Part shown: positions 45,332 to 54,179 of the stretch, in pieces
Numbering within the stretch: position 1 is the first letter of the stretch
How the letters are laid out: each line of letters opens with the position of its first letter
Assembly (NCBI GenBank): GCA_018697295.1
Contig: JABHTJ010000002.1
Coordinates: 28,027 to 92,026 of the forward strand
Length of the DNA: 64,000 bases
Source of the DNA: an archaeon
GTDB taxonomy: Archaea; Nanobdellota; Nanobdellia; Pacearchaeales; GW2011-AR1
Direction of reading: 5' to 3'
Made by a program: the position numbers and the translations under genes
The notes under the pieces: generated by a model
Told to the model about the DNA's origin: nothing
The model's input: the letters and a program-made list of their open reading frames with translations, nothing else
Databases searched by the model: none

Positions 45332-45877
45332 TTATTCTTTTATTTTCAAATCAGCCTTACACATATACATCTCGATCGTTACCTTTCTTATTGCGTAGGT
45401 GAGGATTAGTATTGAGGCGATTGAGAGTTCTAGCCCATTGTAAGGCAGAATTGTTAAGAACCCAGAACTAACTCCGAGAATGGATAATAGTCCTACTCCG
45501 CAGACGGCACAGCCTGGAGCGAGTGCGGCAAGTGCGATTCCAATTGTTGCAAAGAATCCAGTTTTTTTATCAGGATTTATTTTCCCTAGATTAATTTTAT
45601 AGATGATTAAGGTGAGGAGAATTCCGAGCAAGATGCTGACTATGATGAGGGAAATGTATGAATGAAGTTTTATTGTCTCGTAAAAAGAAATTGAAATCGT
45701 GACGAAAAGTTTTATTGTTCGAAGAATTCCAATGTTCTCTGAAAACTGAATCAGGCTTTTGAAATTTGCAATAACGACGTTGATTAAGAAAAAAATAAGT
45801 GCCGTTCCAATAGTTATTGTCCAATATTTTTTCTCTTTGTAGACGCTCTTCCAGACGTTAGGAATTATGTTCACCAT
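45332..45877 (-). CDS. Multi-TM membrane protein with intramembrane CxxC
   Basis: About four TM helices, PGCAVCG motif. Confidence 0.85.
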   Translation of the reverse strand: MVNIIPNVWKSVYKEKKYWTITIGTALIFFLINVVIANFKSLIQFSENIGILRTIKLFVTISISFYETIKLHSYISLIIVSILLGILLTLIIYKINLGKINPDKKTGFFATIGIALAALAPGCAVCGVGLLSILGVSSGFLTILPYNGLELSIASILILTYAIRKVTIEMYMCKADLKIKE

Positions 45878-45984
45878 TATAGTTTATTTTAGCCCAGTTT
45901 TTATAGTTAGTGTTAACAGTGTTTGGTTGTTCGCTTAATCTTGATTATCTAAATTCTTAAAAACGTTGGAGCAGATATTCTTTT

Positions 45985-46548
45985 ATGGATATTCAAGTGC
46001 GTGAGAAAACGATTGAGGAAATTGAGAAAAAGATTTTGGAGATGGGAACCTCTCTCAACAAAATTAAATATCTTGAATCTGCTATTCGTGAAGTTGGGTT
46101 TAGTTATGAGATTAAGAGATTTTTATGGAAGCTTTTAGCAAAGTATTATGTTGAATCTGGGATGTATGAAAAGGCTGCTAAGGCGATGTCTCAGAAGGCG
46201 AGTGCAGAAGTTTCATTTAAGGAAAGGATTGAGAGTTATTTAGAGGCAGGTGAATTGTATGCTAGAATTGGAAAGGTAAGTGACGCTGACGAAATGTTTG
46301 TTCGCGCAATTCGTGATGCTCCTGAAGCTAGAAAATCTGCGATTAAACTTGCTCGAAAAAATATTTATTTAGTTTCTGCAAAAACTTTGGAAGAAAAAGG
46401 AAAGAAAGCTAGCGCTGTGAAATTTTATGAAAAATTAATTAAGATGAATTTAGAAGAAGTTGAAAAAGATGAGATTAAGAAAAAACTTCTTGCTACATAT
46501 AATGCTCTTGGACTATTTCGAGAAGCTAAGCTGTTAGAAGGGTTGTGA
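45985..46548 (+). CDS. TPR-like alpha-helical repeat protein
   Basis: LAKYY..GMYEKAA, AGELY..IG...A..MF..A helical repeats. Confidence 0.8.
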   Translation: MDIQVREKTIEEIEKKILEMGTSLNKIKYLESAIREVGFSYEIKRFLWKLLAKYYVESGMYEKAAKAMSQKASAEVSFKERIESYLEAGELYARIGKVSDADEMFVRAIRDAPEARKSAIKLARKNIYLVSAKTLEEKGKKASAVKFYEKLIKMNLEEVEKDEIKKKLLATYNALGLFREAKLLEGL

Positions 46549-46694
46549 TTTTTAAATTGTTAATTGGCACCACTTGGCGCTTATTTTGTATTGCGCCGTG
46601 ATTGCTCTTCATTCGCAACGGCGCCGGACAATTTTTGTGAGTCTTCAGACTATTTGTTAAAAAATAAAAAAAATAAAAAAAAATAAATTTTGAT

Positions 46695-46766
46695 TTAAAG
46701 GTCTTCTTCTAAATCGATGCAATTTCCGCCGACATCATCAAGCTCGTTTAAAGTTTCTTCTGGCAT
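46695..46766 (-). CDS. 23-aa acidic micropeptide
   Basis: MPEETLNELDDVGGNCIDLEEDL*; followed by a long T-tract on the minus strand. Confidence 0.55.
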   Translation of the reverse strand: MPEETLNELDDVGGNCIDLEEDL

Positions 46767-46783
46767 GTTTTTGTTTGAATCGC

Positions 46784-46855
46784 TTAGTCTTCAAGTTCGT
46801 CTTCATCGTCGAAGATTTCTCCTTCGTCCTCTTTTTTGAAGTTTTCAGCAACCAT
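46784..46855 (-). CDS. 23-aa acidic micropeptide
   Basis: MVAENFKKEDEGEIFDDEDELED*; BRE/TATA-like agaaatcTTTATATA about 30 nt upstream. Confidence 0.55.
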   Translation of the reverse strand: MVAENFKKEDEGEIFDDEDELED

Positions 46856-46963
46856 CTTTTATTTAATTTTTTATTGTTCCTCGACTATATAAAGATTTCT
46901 GGGATTTTTGAATAAAATTTTGTTTTGGAAGATTTTAAAAAGGCAGATTTTATTATTCTTTTG

Positions 46964-47085
46964 TTAGGAATAGCTGAAGGACCTGTTAGATGGTTTCTTT
47001 ACTTATCACATTCACATTCACCTCGGAATAAAGTTTCGAGACAGAAGAGATGCAACAGAAGTTGTAAGCTTGATACTATTTCTAA
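46964..47085 (+). ncRNA. Candidate structured leader/ncRNA upstream of dnaG
   Basis: Closing helix TTAGGAATAG/CTATTTCTAA enclosing three hairpins; starts about 25 nt after TTTTAAAA. Confidence 0.35.
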
Positions 47086-47118
47086 TTAATTAAAAATTAA
47101 ATAATATGGAGAAAAAAA

Positions 47119-48303
47119 ATGGCAAAAATTAGTCCAACCTCAATAAAATATTCAATTATTGCAGATTTTGTAGCCGAAGGTCCGTTCCAAAAGCCAGATG
47201 TTATCGGTGCGTTATTTGGTCAGACTGAAGGATTACTTGGAAGCGATATGGAACTACGAGAACTTCAAAAAGAAGGAAAGATTGGTAGGATCGAAGTTGA
47301 TTTAACAACTGAGAATGGAAAGACGAGTGGAGAGATTACAATTCCAACAGCTCTTGATAAAACTGAGACAACGATTATTGCTGCTGCTCTTGAAACAATT
47401 GATAAGATCGGTCCAACTGATGCAAAAATTTCTATTAAAGATATTTCTGATGTTCGTGGTGGAAAGCGAGATTATATCATGGAGCGAGCAAAAGCATTAC
47501 TTGCAGGAATTAATAATACTGCAATGGATTCTACTGAAATGGAAACTGAACTTAGGGAATCTAGTCGGGTTTCAAAAGCTGTAACGTATGGTCCTGAAGG
47601 TTTAGCTGCTGGTCCTGACATTGATTCTGTAAAAGAATTAATTGTAGTTGAAGGTCGAGCCGATGTTGTTAATATGCTCAAGCATGGAATCAAAAATGTA
47701 ATTGGAATGCAAGGAACTCGATTTCCAAAAACTATTGCAACTCTTAGCGAAACAAAAGAAATTACTTTGTTTGTTGATGGAGATCGTGGTGGAAAGTTGA
47801 TTGCGCAAAACGTTTTTGATAATGCAAAAGTTGTTTATATTGCAACTGCACCCGATGGTAAAGAAGTAGAAGAACTTACAGGAAAAGAATTGTTACAATG
47901 TTTGCGAAAGAAAGTTGCTGCAGAAGTTTTTTTGAAACAATCTTCTAGAGATTCTCGTCCCAAGAATGGTCGAAGAACTCATACTGGTGTTTCAAGGTCT
48001 GAAGAACCAAGTGAACCAATTGAGCGACGAAACATAACTGACTCAGATATTTCTAGTCTTCGTGAACTTTCAAGTGAACTTAAGGGAAGAAATATTCTTG
48101 TACTTAACGATTCTTTAGAGATTGTTCAAAATGTTCCTAGCTCTCGACTTGACTCTGTTAATGCAAAAGATTCCTTTATTCTAATGCTTTCAAATGCAAC
48201 TTCGAGTACGATTAAGAGTGCAGAGAAATTGAGCGTAAAAGCTGTAGCTGCAAAAACTTTTAACAAGGTTGCTGAGACAAACATTGATCTGATTTCACTT
48301 TAA
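47119..48303 (+). CDS. dnaG: Archaeal DnaG (primase-like, exosome-associated)
   Basis: KPDVIGALFGQTEGLLG, IGRIEV, TOPRIM VVEGRADV..DGDRGG. Confidence 0.97.
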   Translation: MAKISPTSIKYSIIADFVAEGPFQKPDVIGALFGQTEGLLGSDMELRELQKEGKIGRIEVDLTTENGKTSGEITIPTALDKTETTIIAAALETIDKIGPTDAKISIKDISDVRGGKRDYIMERAKALLAGINNTAMDSTEMETELRESSRVSKAVTYGPEGLAAGPDIDSVKELIVVEGRADVVNMLKHGIKNVIGMQGTRFPKTIATLSETKEITLFVDGDRGGKLIAQNVFDNAKVVYIATAPDGKEVEELTGKELLQCLRKKVAAEVFLKQSSRDSRPKNGRRTHTGVSRSEEPSEPIERRNITDSDISSLRELSSELKGRNILVLNDSLEIVQNVPSSRLDSVNAKDSFILMLSNATSSTIKSAEKLSVKAVAAKTFNKVAETNIDLISL

Positions 48304-48411
48304 TCAAGAATTATCTTTAATCATTTTTATTTTGGGATTTTATTTTTTATCCCTTTTTTTATTTTTTATTTTTTCATAACTTTTATATACTTTGATTCTT
48401 GTTCTTTTTGT

Positions 48412-48924
48412 ATGGTGAAAAAGGGGAGAAAGGTAGTGAAAGTTAGTTCAAAGAATTCTAAAATTTCTCGTGAGCAAGAACCTAAAAAATATGTTATTTA
48501 TTTATTTATTCTTGTTATTGTGGCTCTTGTAGCTTTTCTATATATTTGGTCTGATGTGGGTGAATGTGATTCTTGGGAATGTTTTAATAATCGTTTGAAA
48601 AATTGTGATCGGACAACTTTTATTGGTGGCGATGATATGATTTTTAAGTATACTATCTTGGGCACTTTTGGTTCCAGTTGTCAAGTTGACGTAGAATTAT
48701 TGCAGGCGAATTTAGGAGTTCAAGAATCTTTAAGTTTAGAAAATAAAGCTATGGTTTGCGAGGTTCCTTTTGGTGTTGTAATTTTGCCTGAAAGCGATAT
48801 TGGTGCGTGTCATGGACTTTTGAAAGAAGCCCTACAAGACCAAATTATTGAAAAATTATATTCTTATGTTGTTTCTAATGTTGGACAGATTAGTTTAGAA
48901 GTTTTGGATCCGAGTACAGCCTAA
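48412..48924 (+). CDS. Membrane-anchored Cys-containing hypothetical protein
   Basis: Basic N-terminus, single TM, C..CF...C, CHGLLKE. Confidence 0.8.
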   Translation: MVKKGRKVVKVSSKNSKISREQEPKKYVIYLFILVIVALVAFLYIWSDVGECDSWECFNNRLKNCDRTTFIGGDDMIFKYTILGTFGSSCQVDVELLQANLGVQESLSLENKAMVCEVPFGVVILPESDIGACHGLLKEALQDQIIEKLYSYVVSNVGQISLEVLDPSTA

Positions 48925-48939
48925 GTATACTTGTACGTC

Positions 48940-49218
48940 TTATTTTCGATTGTTTTCTTTAGCTAAATCTTCTTGTAATTTGGCCTTTTCTTCAAACATT
49001 CTTTTTCGTAACTCATCAATTTTTTCAAGAATTTTCCTTGCTTTTTCAGGTTCTTCTCTTGCCGTGTTTAAAACATATAACATCTTTCTAAGAATGTCAT
49101 CATAGGATTCTCTTTTATGTTCTCTTAATTTTTCAAGCCTTATTTTCGTTTCTTCTAAGAGTTTTATCGTCGTTATCTTCGAATTTACTGGATTTTTTCT
49201 GATTTTTTTTCGTTGCAT
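48940..49218 (-). CDS. Small ribbon-helix-helix-like DNA-binding/antitoxin-like protein
   Basis: ITTIKL.EETK.RLEKL...ESYDDILRK pattern. Confidence 0.7.
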   Translation of the reverse strand: MQRKKIRKNPVNSKITTIKLLEETKIRLEKLREHKRESYDDILRKMLYVLNTAREEPEKARKILEKIDELRKRMFEEKAKLQEDLAKENNRK

Positions 49219-49362
49219 TTTTTTTCGTTATTTTCGTTACTCATTATCTGTAACAGAATGTATACGATAGTATCCTTTTTAAGGTTTTTCGTCATTGCAG
49301 AATTACAACAAATGAGAAGGTTTAAATAGAGGAATTTTGTTCCAAATATAACTAAATTCAAA

Positions 49363-50565
49363 ATGAAACAAATGAAAAAAAATTTGCTTTTAATTCCTTT
49401 TATTGTAGCTTTGACTTTCATGGCTGTAGCTATTGTTGCAGCAGGTGAATTGGCCCAAAATGTTGACGTAGAACTTAATGATGTTAATCTTAACTCATAT
49501 AGTACTATGGCTGTTATGGTTGGCGATTATGTCCCCATCAGAGTAACTTTTACTGCTTACGCCGATATGGAAGATGTCAAGGTTAAAGTTCGAATGGAAG
49601 GCACTCAAGAAGATATTTATGTTTCTACTGACCGATTCGACATTGTTGATGGTGTTACGTATACTAAATTATTAACTTTGAGCCTCCCTTCAGATTCAGA
49701 CGATTTATCAAAGATTCATACTCTTTATGTAGAAATCGTTTCTGCTGATGATCGAACTGAAATTGATTATAAAGTTAACTTACAAAGAGAATCGTATACT
49801 TTGGACATTTTATCTGCTGACTACACTTCTAGTGTTGATGCAGGTAGTGTATTCCCTATATCTGTTGTTGCAAAAAACAATGGTTATAACAATGCAGACG
49901 ATGTTTATGTAGTAGTTTCTATTCCAGCTCTTGGGATCTCAAGTCGAGGTTACTTCGGTGATTTAGCCGCAGTTGAAGATCATGGTAGCAATTACGAAGA
50001 AGAAGACTCTGCATACCAAACTGTATACTTACAAGTTCCTTCAAATGCACTTAGCGGTGTTTATGAAATGAACATTGAAGTTTACAACGACGATTCTTCA
50101 GTTACTATAACTAAGTTAATCAGTGTTGGTGAATCTAGTGCCACACAAGTTCTGGCTGCAGTAAAGAATATGGATTTGAACGCAGGAGAATCAGTTACAT
50201 ACGATTTAATCCTTGTTAACTCTGGAGATTCTGTAGAAGTTTTCAACTTAGACGCTGTCTTTGGCGACGATTTACAAGTATCTGTTCCATCAGTTATTAC
50301 TGTTGGCCCAGCTTCTAGTATTACGGTCCCTGTTACAGTTACTGCATCTAACGATGCTTCAGTTGGAACTTACACATTCTCAGTTAATGTTGGTTCTGAA
50401 TCAGTAGTCTTTGGTGCTAACGTTGTTAGTACTTCTGTTGCTACATCTATTGTTGCTTTGACAGTAATCCTTGTGATTATCTTTGTCGTTCTCTTGGCTG
50501 TTCTTATTGTATTACTTACACGAAAGGAAAAACCAATGGAAGAAGTAGAAACTAGTTATTACTAG
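49363..50565 (+). CDS. Ig-fold surface protein with C-terminal TM (S-layer-associated candidate)
   Basis: Signal peptide, beta-sandwich repeats (V.NNG..., LVNSG...), C-terminal TM and tail ETSYY; TATA TTTAAATA at 49321. Confidence 0.85.
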   Translation: MKQMKKNLLLIPFIVALTFMAVAIVAAGELAQNVDVELNDVNLNSYSTMAVMVGDYVPIRVTFTAYADMEDVKVKVRMEGTQEDIYVSTDRFDIVDGVTYTKLLTLSLPSDSDDLSKIHTLYVEIVSADDRTEIDYKVNLQRESYTLDILSADYTSSVDAGSVFPISVVAKNNGYNNADDVYVVVSIPALGISSRGYFGDLAAVEDHGSNYEEEDSAYQTVYLQVPSNALSGVYEMNIEVYNDDSSVTITKLISVGESSATQVLAAVKNMDLNAGESVTYDLILVNSGDSVEVFNLDAVFGDDLQVSVPSVITVGPASSITVPVTVTASNDASVGTYTFSVNVGSESVVFGANVVSTSVATSIVALTVILVIIFVVLLAVLIVLLTRKEKPMEEVETSYY

Positions 50566-50786
50566 TCTCGCTGATTTCAACACAATTATTTTATTTTTTT
50601 ATAATTTATACTCTTGACGAGTATCTCTTTTTGGGGCAAAAGTTGCCCCTCGATTTTTTGATGTGGCTGGGGCTTTGAGAGGTTAATTAAAAGTCCCTTT
50701 TTTCGCGATCGCTTGGAATTTCGCGTGTTGCCCACCCACCCAGGTAGTTGTTATGTAACTTGTTCAACTGAATTTAGCAAGCTTAT

Positions 50787-51071
50787 TTATTTTAGGTTTT
50801 GAATATTTTTCTTTTTTAGAATTTTTCCTAAGAGAATTTCATAATCCTCTTTTTTTCTTATTCCTTTGAATTCGACTTCCATAATTGGACAATCTTTCGC
50901 ATAGCCATTTTTGAAAATTATTTTGCTGTATTCTATTGGTTTGTTGTCTGCATTAAATAACCTCTTTGTCCAATATGGTTTGATTTCTCGATATTCAATT
51001 TTTTTTGTTCCGTTTAGAATTTGTTTGAAGAATTCTTTGTGTAAAGTTAGATGAAGGATTTTCTCAGTCAT
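50787..51071 (-). CDS. ASCH-domain protein
   Basis: LHLTL...F.QILNGTKKIEYREIKPYW.KRL, F.NGY. Confidence 0.85.
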   Translation of the reverse strand: MTEKILHLTLHKEFFKQILNGTKKIEYREIKPYWTKRLFNADNKPIEYSKIIFKNGYAKDCPIMEVEFKGIRKKEDYEILLGKILKKKNIQNLK

Positions 51072-51157
51072 GATTGATTGAAGATTTTATCAGTTAAATA
51101 TTTTTTGTTAATTTTCATCACCAGAATATTTATAAATCTTCAACTCGCATTGATATT

Positions 51158-51481
51158 ATGGAAAAAGATATCGGAAAGATAAAGCGAAATGAGAATACAG
51201 ATATTGTTATTAGAATTGACGATTTTGGTGGAAAGCGTGGGCTTACTATTCGAGAATTTGTGAATAAGAGTGAGACTGGTTATACTGGGTTTACGAAATC
51301 TGGTACGCGGATTCCTGCAGATCAAGTTCAAGAATTTAAGCGAATGATTGAATTGCTTGATATGAGTGATTTTAAAGAAGAGTCTCAAGAGAGTTTGCCT
51401 GCGGTTTCTGAGAATGTTAGTGCCGGAAATGATTCGGATGAATCTTCTAATTCTGGAATTGATGAACAAGGTTTGATGTAA
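51158..51481 (+). CDS. PC4/p15-like ssDNA-binding protein with acidic tail
   Basis: I.IDDF.GKRGL.IREF...TGFTKSG.RI pattern. Confidence 0.75.
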   Translation: MEKDIGKIKRNENTDIVIRIDDFGGKRGLTIREFVNKSETGYTGFTKSGTRIPADQVQEFKRMIELLDMSDFKEESQESLPAVSENVSAGNDSDESSNSGIDEQGLM

Positions 51482-51538
51482 TTATGGAAGTTAATCTTTA
51501 TGGGAAATTATATAAATGAAGATGTGCTGAATTAAATT

Positions 51539-52087
51539 ATGAAAAAGAAAGGTGCTGTTGGTTTATCAATGTCGACAATCGTTATTGTAATTATTTCACT
51601 TAGTGTTTTAATTTTAGGGTTAGTATTAACGAAAAATATTATGTGTGCTGCAATGGATGGGATTGGAGATTTAGATGACCAAATGAAAAATGAGATTAGA
51701 TCACTTTTTGGCGCAAACGATAAGTTAGTAGTTAAAGAATCAGTTAATGAAATTGTAAAGGGAGTTTCTTATGGTGTTGGATTTGGAATTTTGAATCAAG
51801 GTCAAGACTCTGAAGATTTTTCCTATATTGTTAAGGCGTCTGATGTAAGTAGTTGCTCGTTTTCATTAGCAGATGCAGATGATTTTATTGTTCTTGGAAA
51901 AAGTTCCTCTGTTAAAATATCTCCTGGTGATGATTATTCTGGACTCATCAAATTTGAAATTCCAAAATCTGTAGAAAGTTGCCATATTAGATATTCTATC
52001 GAAGTTATGAATGAAGGCTCTGTTTATGCATTTAATGAATTTGATGTAGAGATTAAGTCTAAATCATTTACACAGAATTTTTGTTGA
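51539..52087 (+). CDS. Class III signal peptide (pilin-like) protein
   Basis: MKKKG|AVGLSMSTIVIVIISLSVLILGL prepilin-type N-terminus. Confidence 0.75.
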   Translation: MKKKGAVGLSMSTIVIVIISLSVLILGLVLTKNIMCAAMDGIGDLDDQMKNEIRSLFGANDKLVVKESVNEIVKGVSYGVGFGILNQGQDSEDFSYIVKASDVSSCSFSLADADDFIVLGKSSSVKISPGDDYSGLIKFEIPKSVESCHIRYSIEVMNEGSVYAFNEFDVEIKSKSFTQNFC

Positions 52088-52107
52088 GATGCTGTTTTGA
52101 CGTAATC

Positions 52108-52599
52108 TTATTTGCGTCGTTTTCTAAAATAATATATTTCTGCGATGATTATTGCGCCGATTAGGATTATGACAATTAAGAGAATTTTGAAATAATATTT
52201 AAAATCATTTTCTGAATTTTTTGTGATGTAAAATGTTGTTTGAATATCTTCACTGAGTGCGTCGAAATTTTCTACTTGAACTTTGATTGTTGCTTGGCCA
52301 CTTTTGGCAGTTTCTGGAATGAGAATATAATCTGTAAATGAAATTTGTGTTTCAATTGCTTTTAGGAGTTTTGACTCTGCGATTACTTCTTCATTTGAAA
52401 TTATTTGAATTGTAAATGTTACATCTTCACGATTACCTAATGGGTTTTCTGGATATTTGACTTCGACGTCATAATATAATTTTTCTCCGGTTTGCACTGT
52501 TGTGTATTCTTCTTGAACGTGCATTGTAATGCTTATTGCGAGTGCTGATGGAATGCTCATGAGAAGAATCGCGAGAACTAGTATTGCGCTATTTTTCAT
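52108..52599 (-). CDS. Secreted Ig-like protein with C-terminal TM
   Basis: Signal peptide, one beta domain, TM then RKRRK. Confidence 0.8.
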   Translation of the reverse strand: MKNSAILVLAILLMSIPSALAISITMHVQEEYTTVQTGEKLYYDVEVKYPENPLGNREDVTFTIQIISNEEVIAESKLLKAIETQISFTDYILIPETAKSGQATIKVQVENFDALSEDIQTTFYITKNSENDFKYYFKILLIVIILIGAIIIAEIYYFRKRRK

Positions 52600-52600
52600 C

Positions 52601-53482
52601 TTAGTATCTTTTTATGAAGAATTTAATCACGATAAAACCGAAGAGAATTAATCCTATAAAACTAAGTGGCCATGCAGGGTTTGTATCTACTCGGTCTGTT
52701 ACTTCAAAGTCTTGTTCGCTTGTTCCTGTCTGGTCATCTCCATAGAAAATTTGGGTTGACAAAATATAGTTTCCGTCGGGTAAGTCCAAGAAATCAAATC
52801 TTTTGACGATTTGTTCTTCTGTTTGAACGACAATAGAATCAAAACCATGATATGCTTCTGTGTTCGTCTTTTTGTTTTTTATGGAGTAGGTGATGTCTGC
52901 AATCGAAGTTCCTTCGCCGAAATTTTCAAAGGTAATAAATGCGAGAAGATCTTTTGAAGAAGAAATTGTTTCCCGTGCGAGTCTTACTGTTACATCAAAT
53001 AATTCTCTGTGATCTATTGACGCGTCTTCAATTTTTTCAACATATTTTTTCATAGATATTGCTGCAGAACCTGAGATTCCCTTTACTTCGAACGTTATGT
53101 CAAAATCTCCGTCTCGGTTTAAATCTATAAATGTAATTGTTTCTAAGGGTAATTCAACAATTCTATTTTGTGGAAATTGAAGAGTTATTTTATCTTCATT
53201 AATGGCCGAGACTACCAACATATAAATTCCTTCTCGCGAATCTAATTTTATGATTTCTTTTTCTTTAAGTGTTAAAATTATCTCTTCTTGTAATGCTGAA
53301 CGACTTATTTCGTATACTTTTTTTGTAAGATCAATAGTCTCAGAAAATTCTGGATCAGGACTAATCGAAGTTATTGAACTAAAATCTGCCGATGCTGTTG
53401 AAGAGATAGCGATTAGTAAAATTGTTGCTAGTAAAAAGTTTTTTAGATTATTACTCTCTATTTGTTCACCTTTTTTCTCCAT
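52601..53482 (-). CDS. Secreted protein with C-terminal TM
   Basis: Signal peptide, DLNRDGDFD Ca-binding-like loop, FENFG Ig-like domain, C-terminal TM. Confidence 0.8.
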   Translation of the reverse strand: MEKKGEQIESNNLKNFLLATILLIAISSTASADFSSITSISPDPEFSETIDLTKKVYEISRSALQEEIILTLKEKEIIKLDSREGIYMLVVSAINEDKITLQFPQNRIVELPLETITFIDLNRDGDFDITFEVKGISGSAAISMKKYVEKIEDASIDHRELFDVTVRLARETISSSKDLLAFITFENFGEGTSIADITYSIKNKKTNTEAYHGFDSIVVQTEEQIVKRFDFLDLPDGNYILSTQIFYGDDQTGTSEQDFEVTDRVDTNPAWPLSFIGLILFGFIVIKFFIKRY

Positions 53483-53583
53483 GTGGTATTAAATGGAATA
53501 TTCTATATAAATGCTGTGGTGAAATCTGATTTTTGAGGATACTTTTATAAATTGTTTATCCCTTGATTGATTAAAGGTGTGAT

Positions 53584-54171
53584 ATGGTTTGGTTAGAGGT
53601 TGAAACAAAAGTTCCGTTGAAAAATTCCGAGGTTGCCCCACTTCGTAAGAAGATTAAGACAATTGCTAATTTTGAAAAGCGAGGAAAGAAATCTGATGAT
53701 TATTTTGCTATTCAAAAAAGTGGTTATCCAAAAAAAGCGTTTCGATTTAGGACGATGAAAGATTCTACTGAGGTTACATTTAAGCGATGGCTTCGAAGTT
53801 ATTGGACTGATTTAATTGTCGTTAAACAAGAATTTGAGTTTAAATTATGTGATGCTGGTGGAAAGGATGATCTGCTTGAGCTCTTCGGAGATTTTGGATT
53901 TTATGAATGGGTTAAGAAAATAAAACGTAATGAAACTTACAAACATAAAAAGAATAAAAAAATTTCTATTGAGATAAATCATGTTAAACATCTTGGTTAT
54001 TTTATGGAGATTGAATATTTGTGCAAGAAAAAAGATATGAAGAAAGCTGTTAAGGCGATTACTAAGACTCTTGATGAATTGAGCATTGAAAAAAAACAAA
54101 TTGATAATACTGGGTATACGAAACTTTTGTGGAAAAAAGGAACGCTTGGAAAAAGTAAATTTATTGACTGA
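53584..54171 (+). CDS. CYTH/triphosphate tunnel metalloenzyme (CyaB-like)
   Basis: EVETK, D.YF, K.KR..Y, LGYFMEIE. Confidence 0.88.
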   Translation: MVWLEVETKVPLKNSEVAPLRKKIKTIANFEKRGKKSDDYFAIQKSGYPKKAFRFRTMKDSTEVTFKRWLRSYWTDLIVVKQEFEFKLCDAGGKDDLLELFGDFGFYEWVKKIKRNETYKHKKNKKISIEINHVKHLGYFMEIEYLCKKKDMKKAVKAITKTLDELSIEKKQIDNTGYTKLLWKKGTLGKSKFID

Positions 54172-54179
54172 ACATTATT

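Noticed and set aside
53584-54171. CYTH gene as adenylate cyclase forming a second-messenger system with GGDEF
   Set aside because: Characterised archaeal CYTH proteins are mostly triphosphatases; there is no linkage beyond being within about 8 kb.
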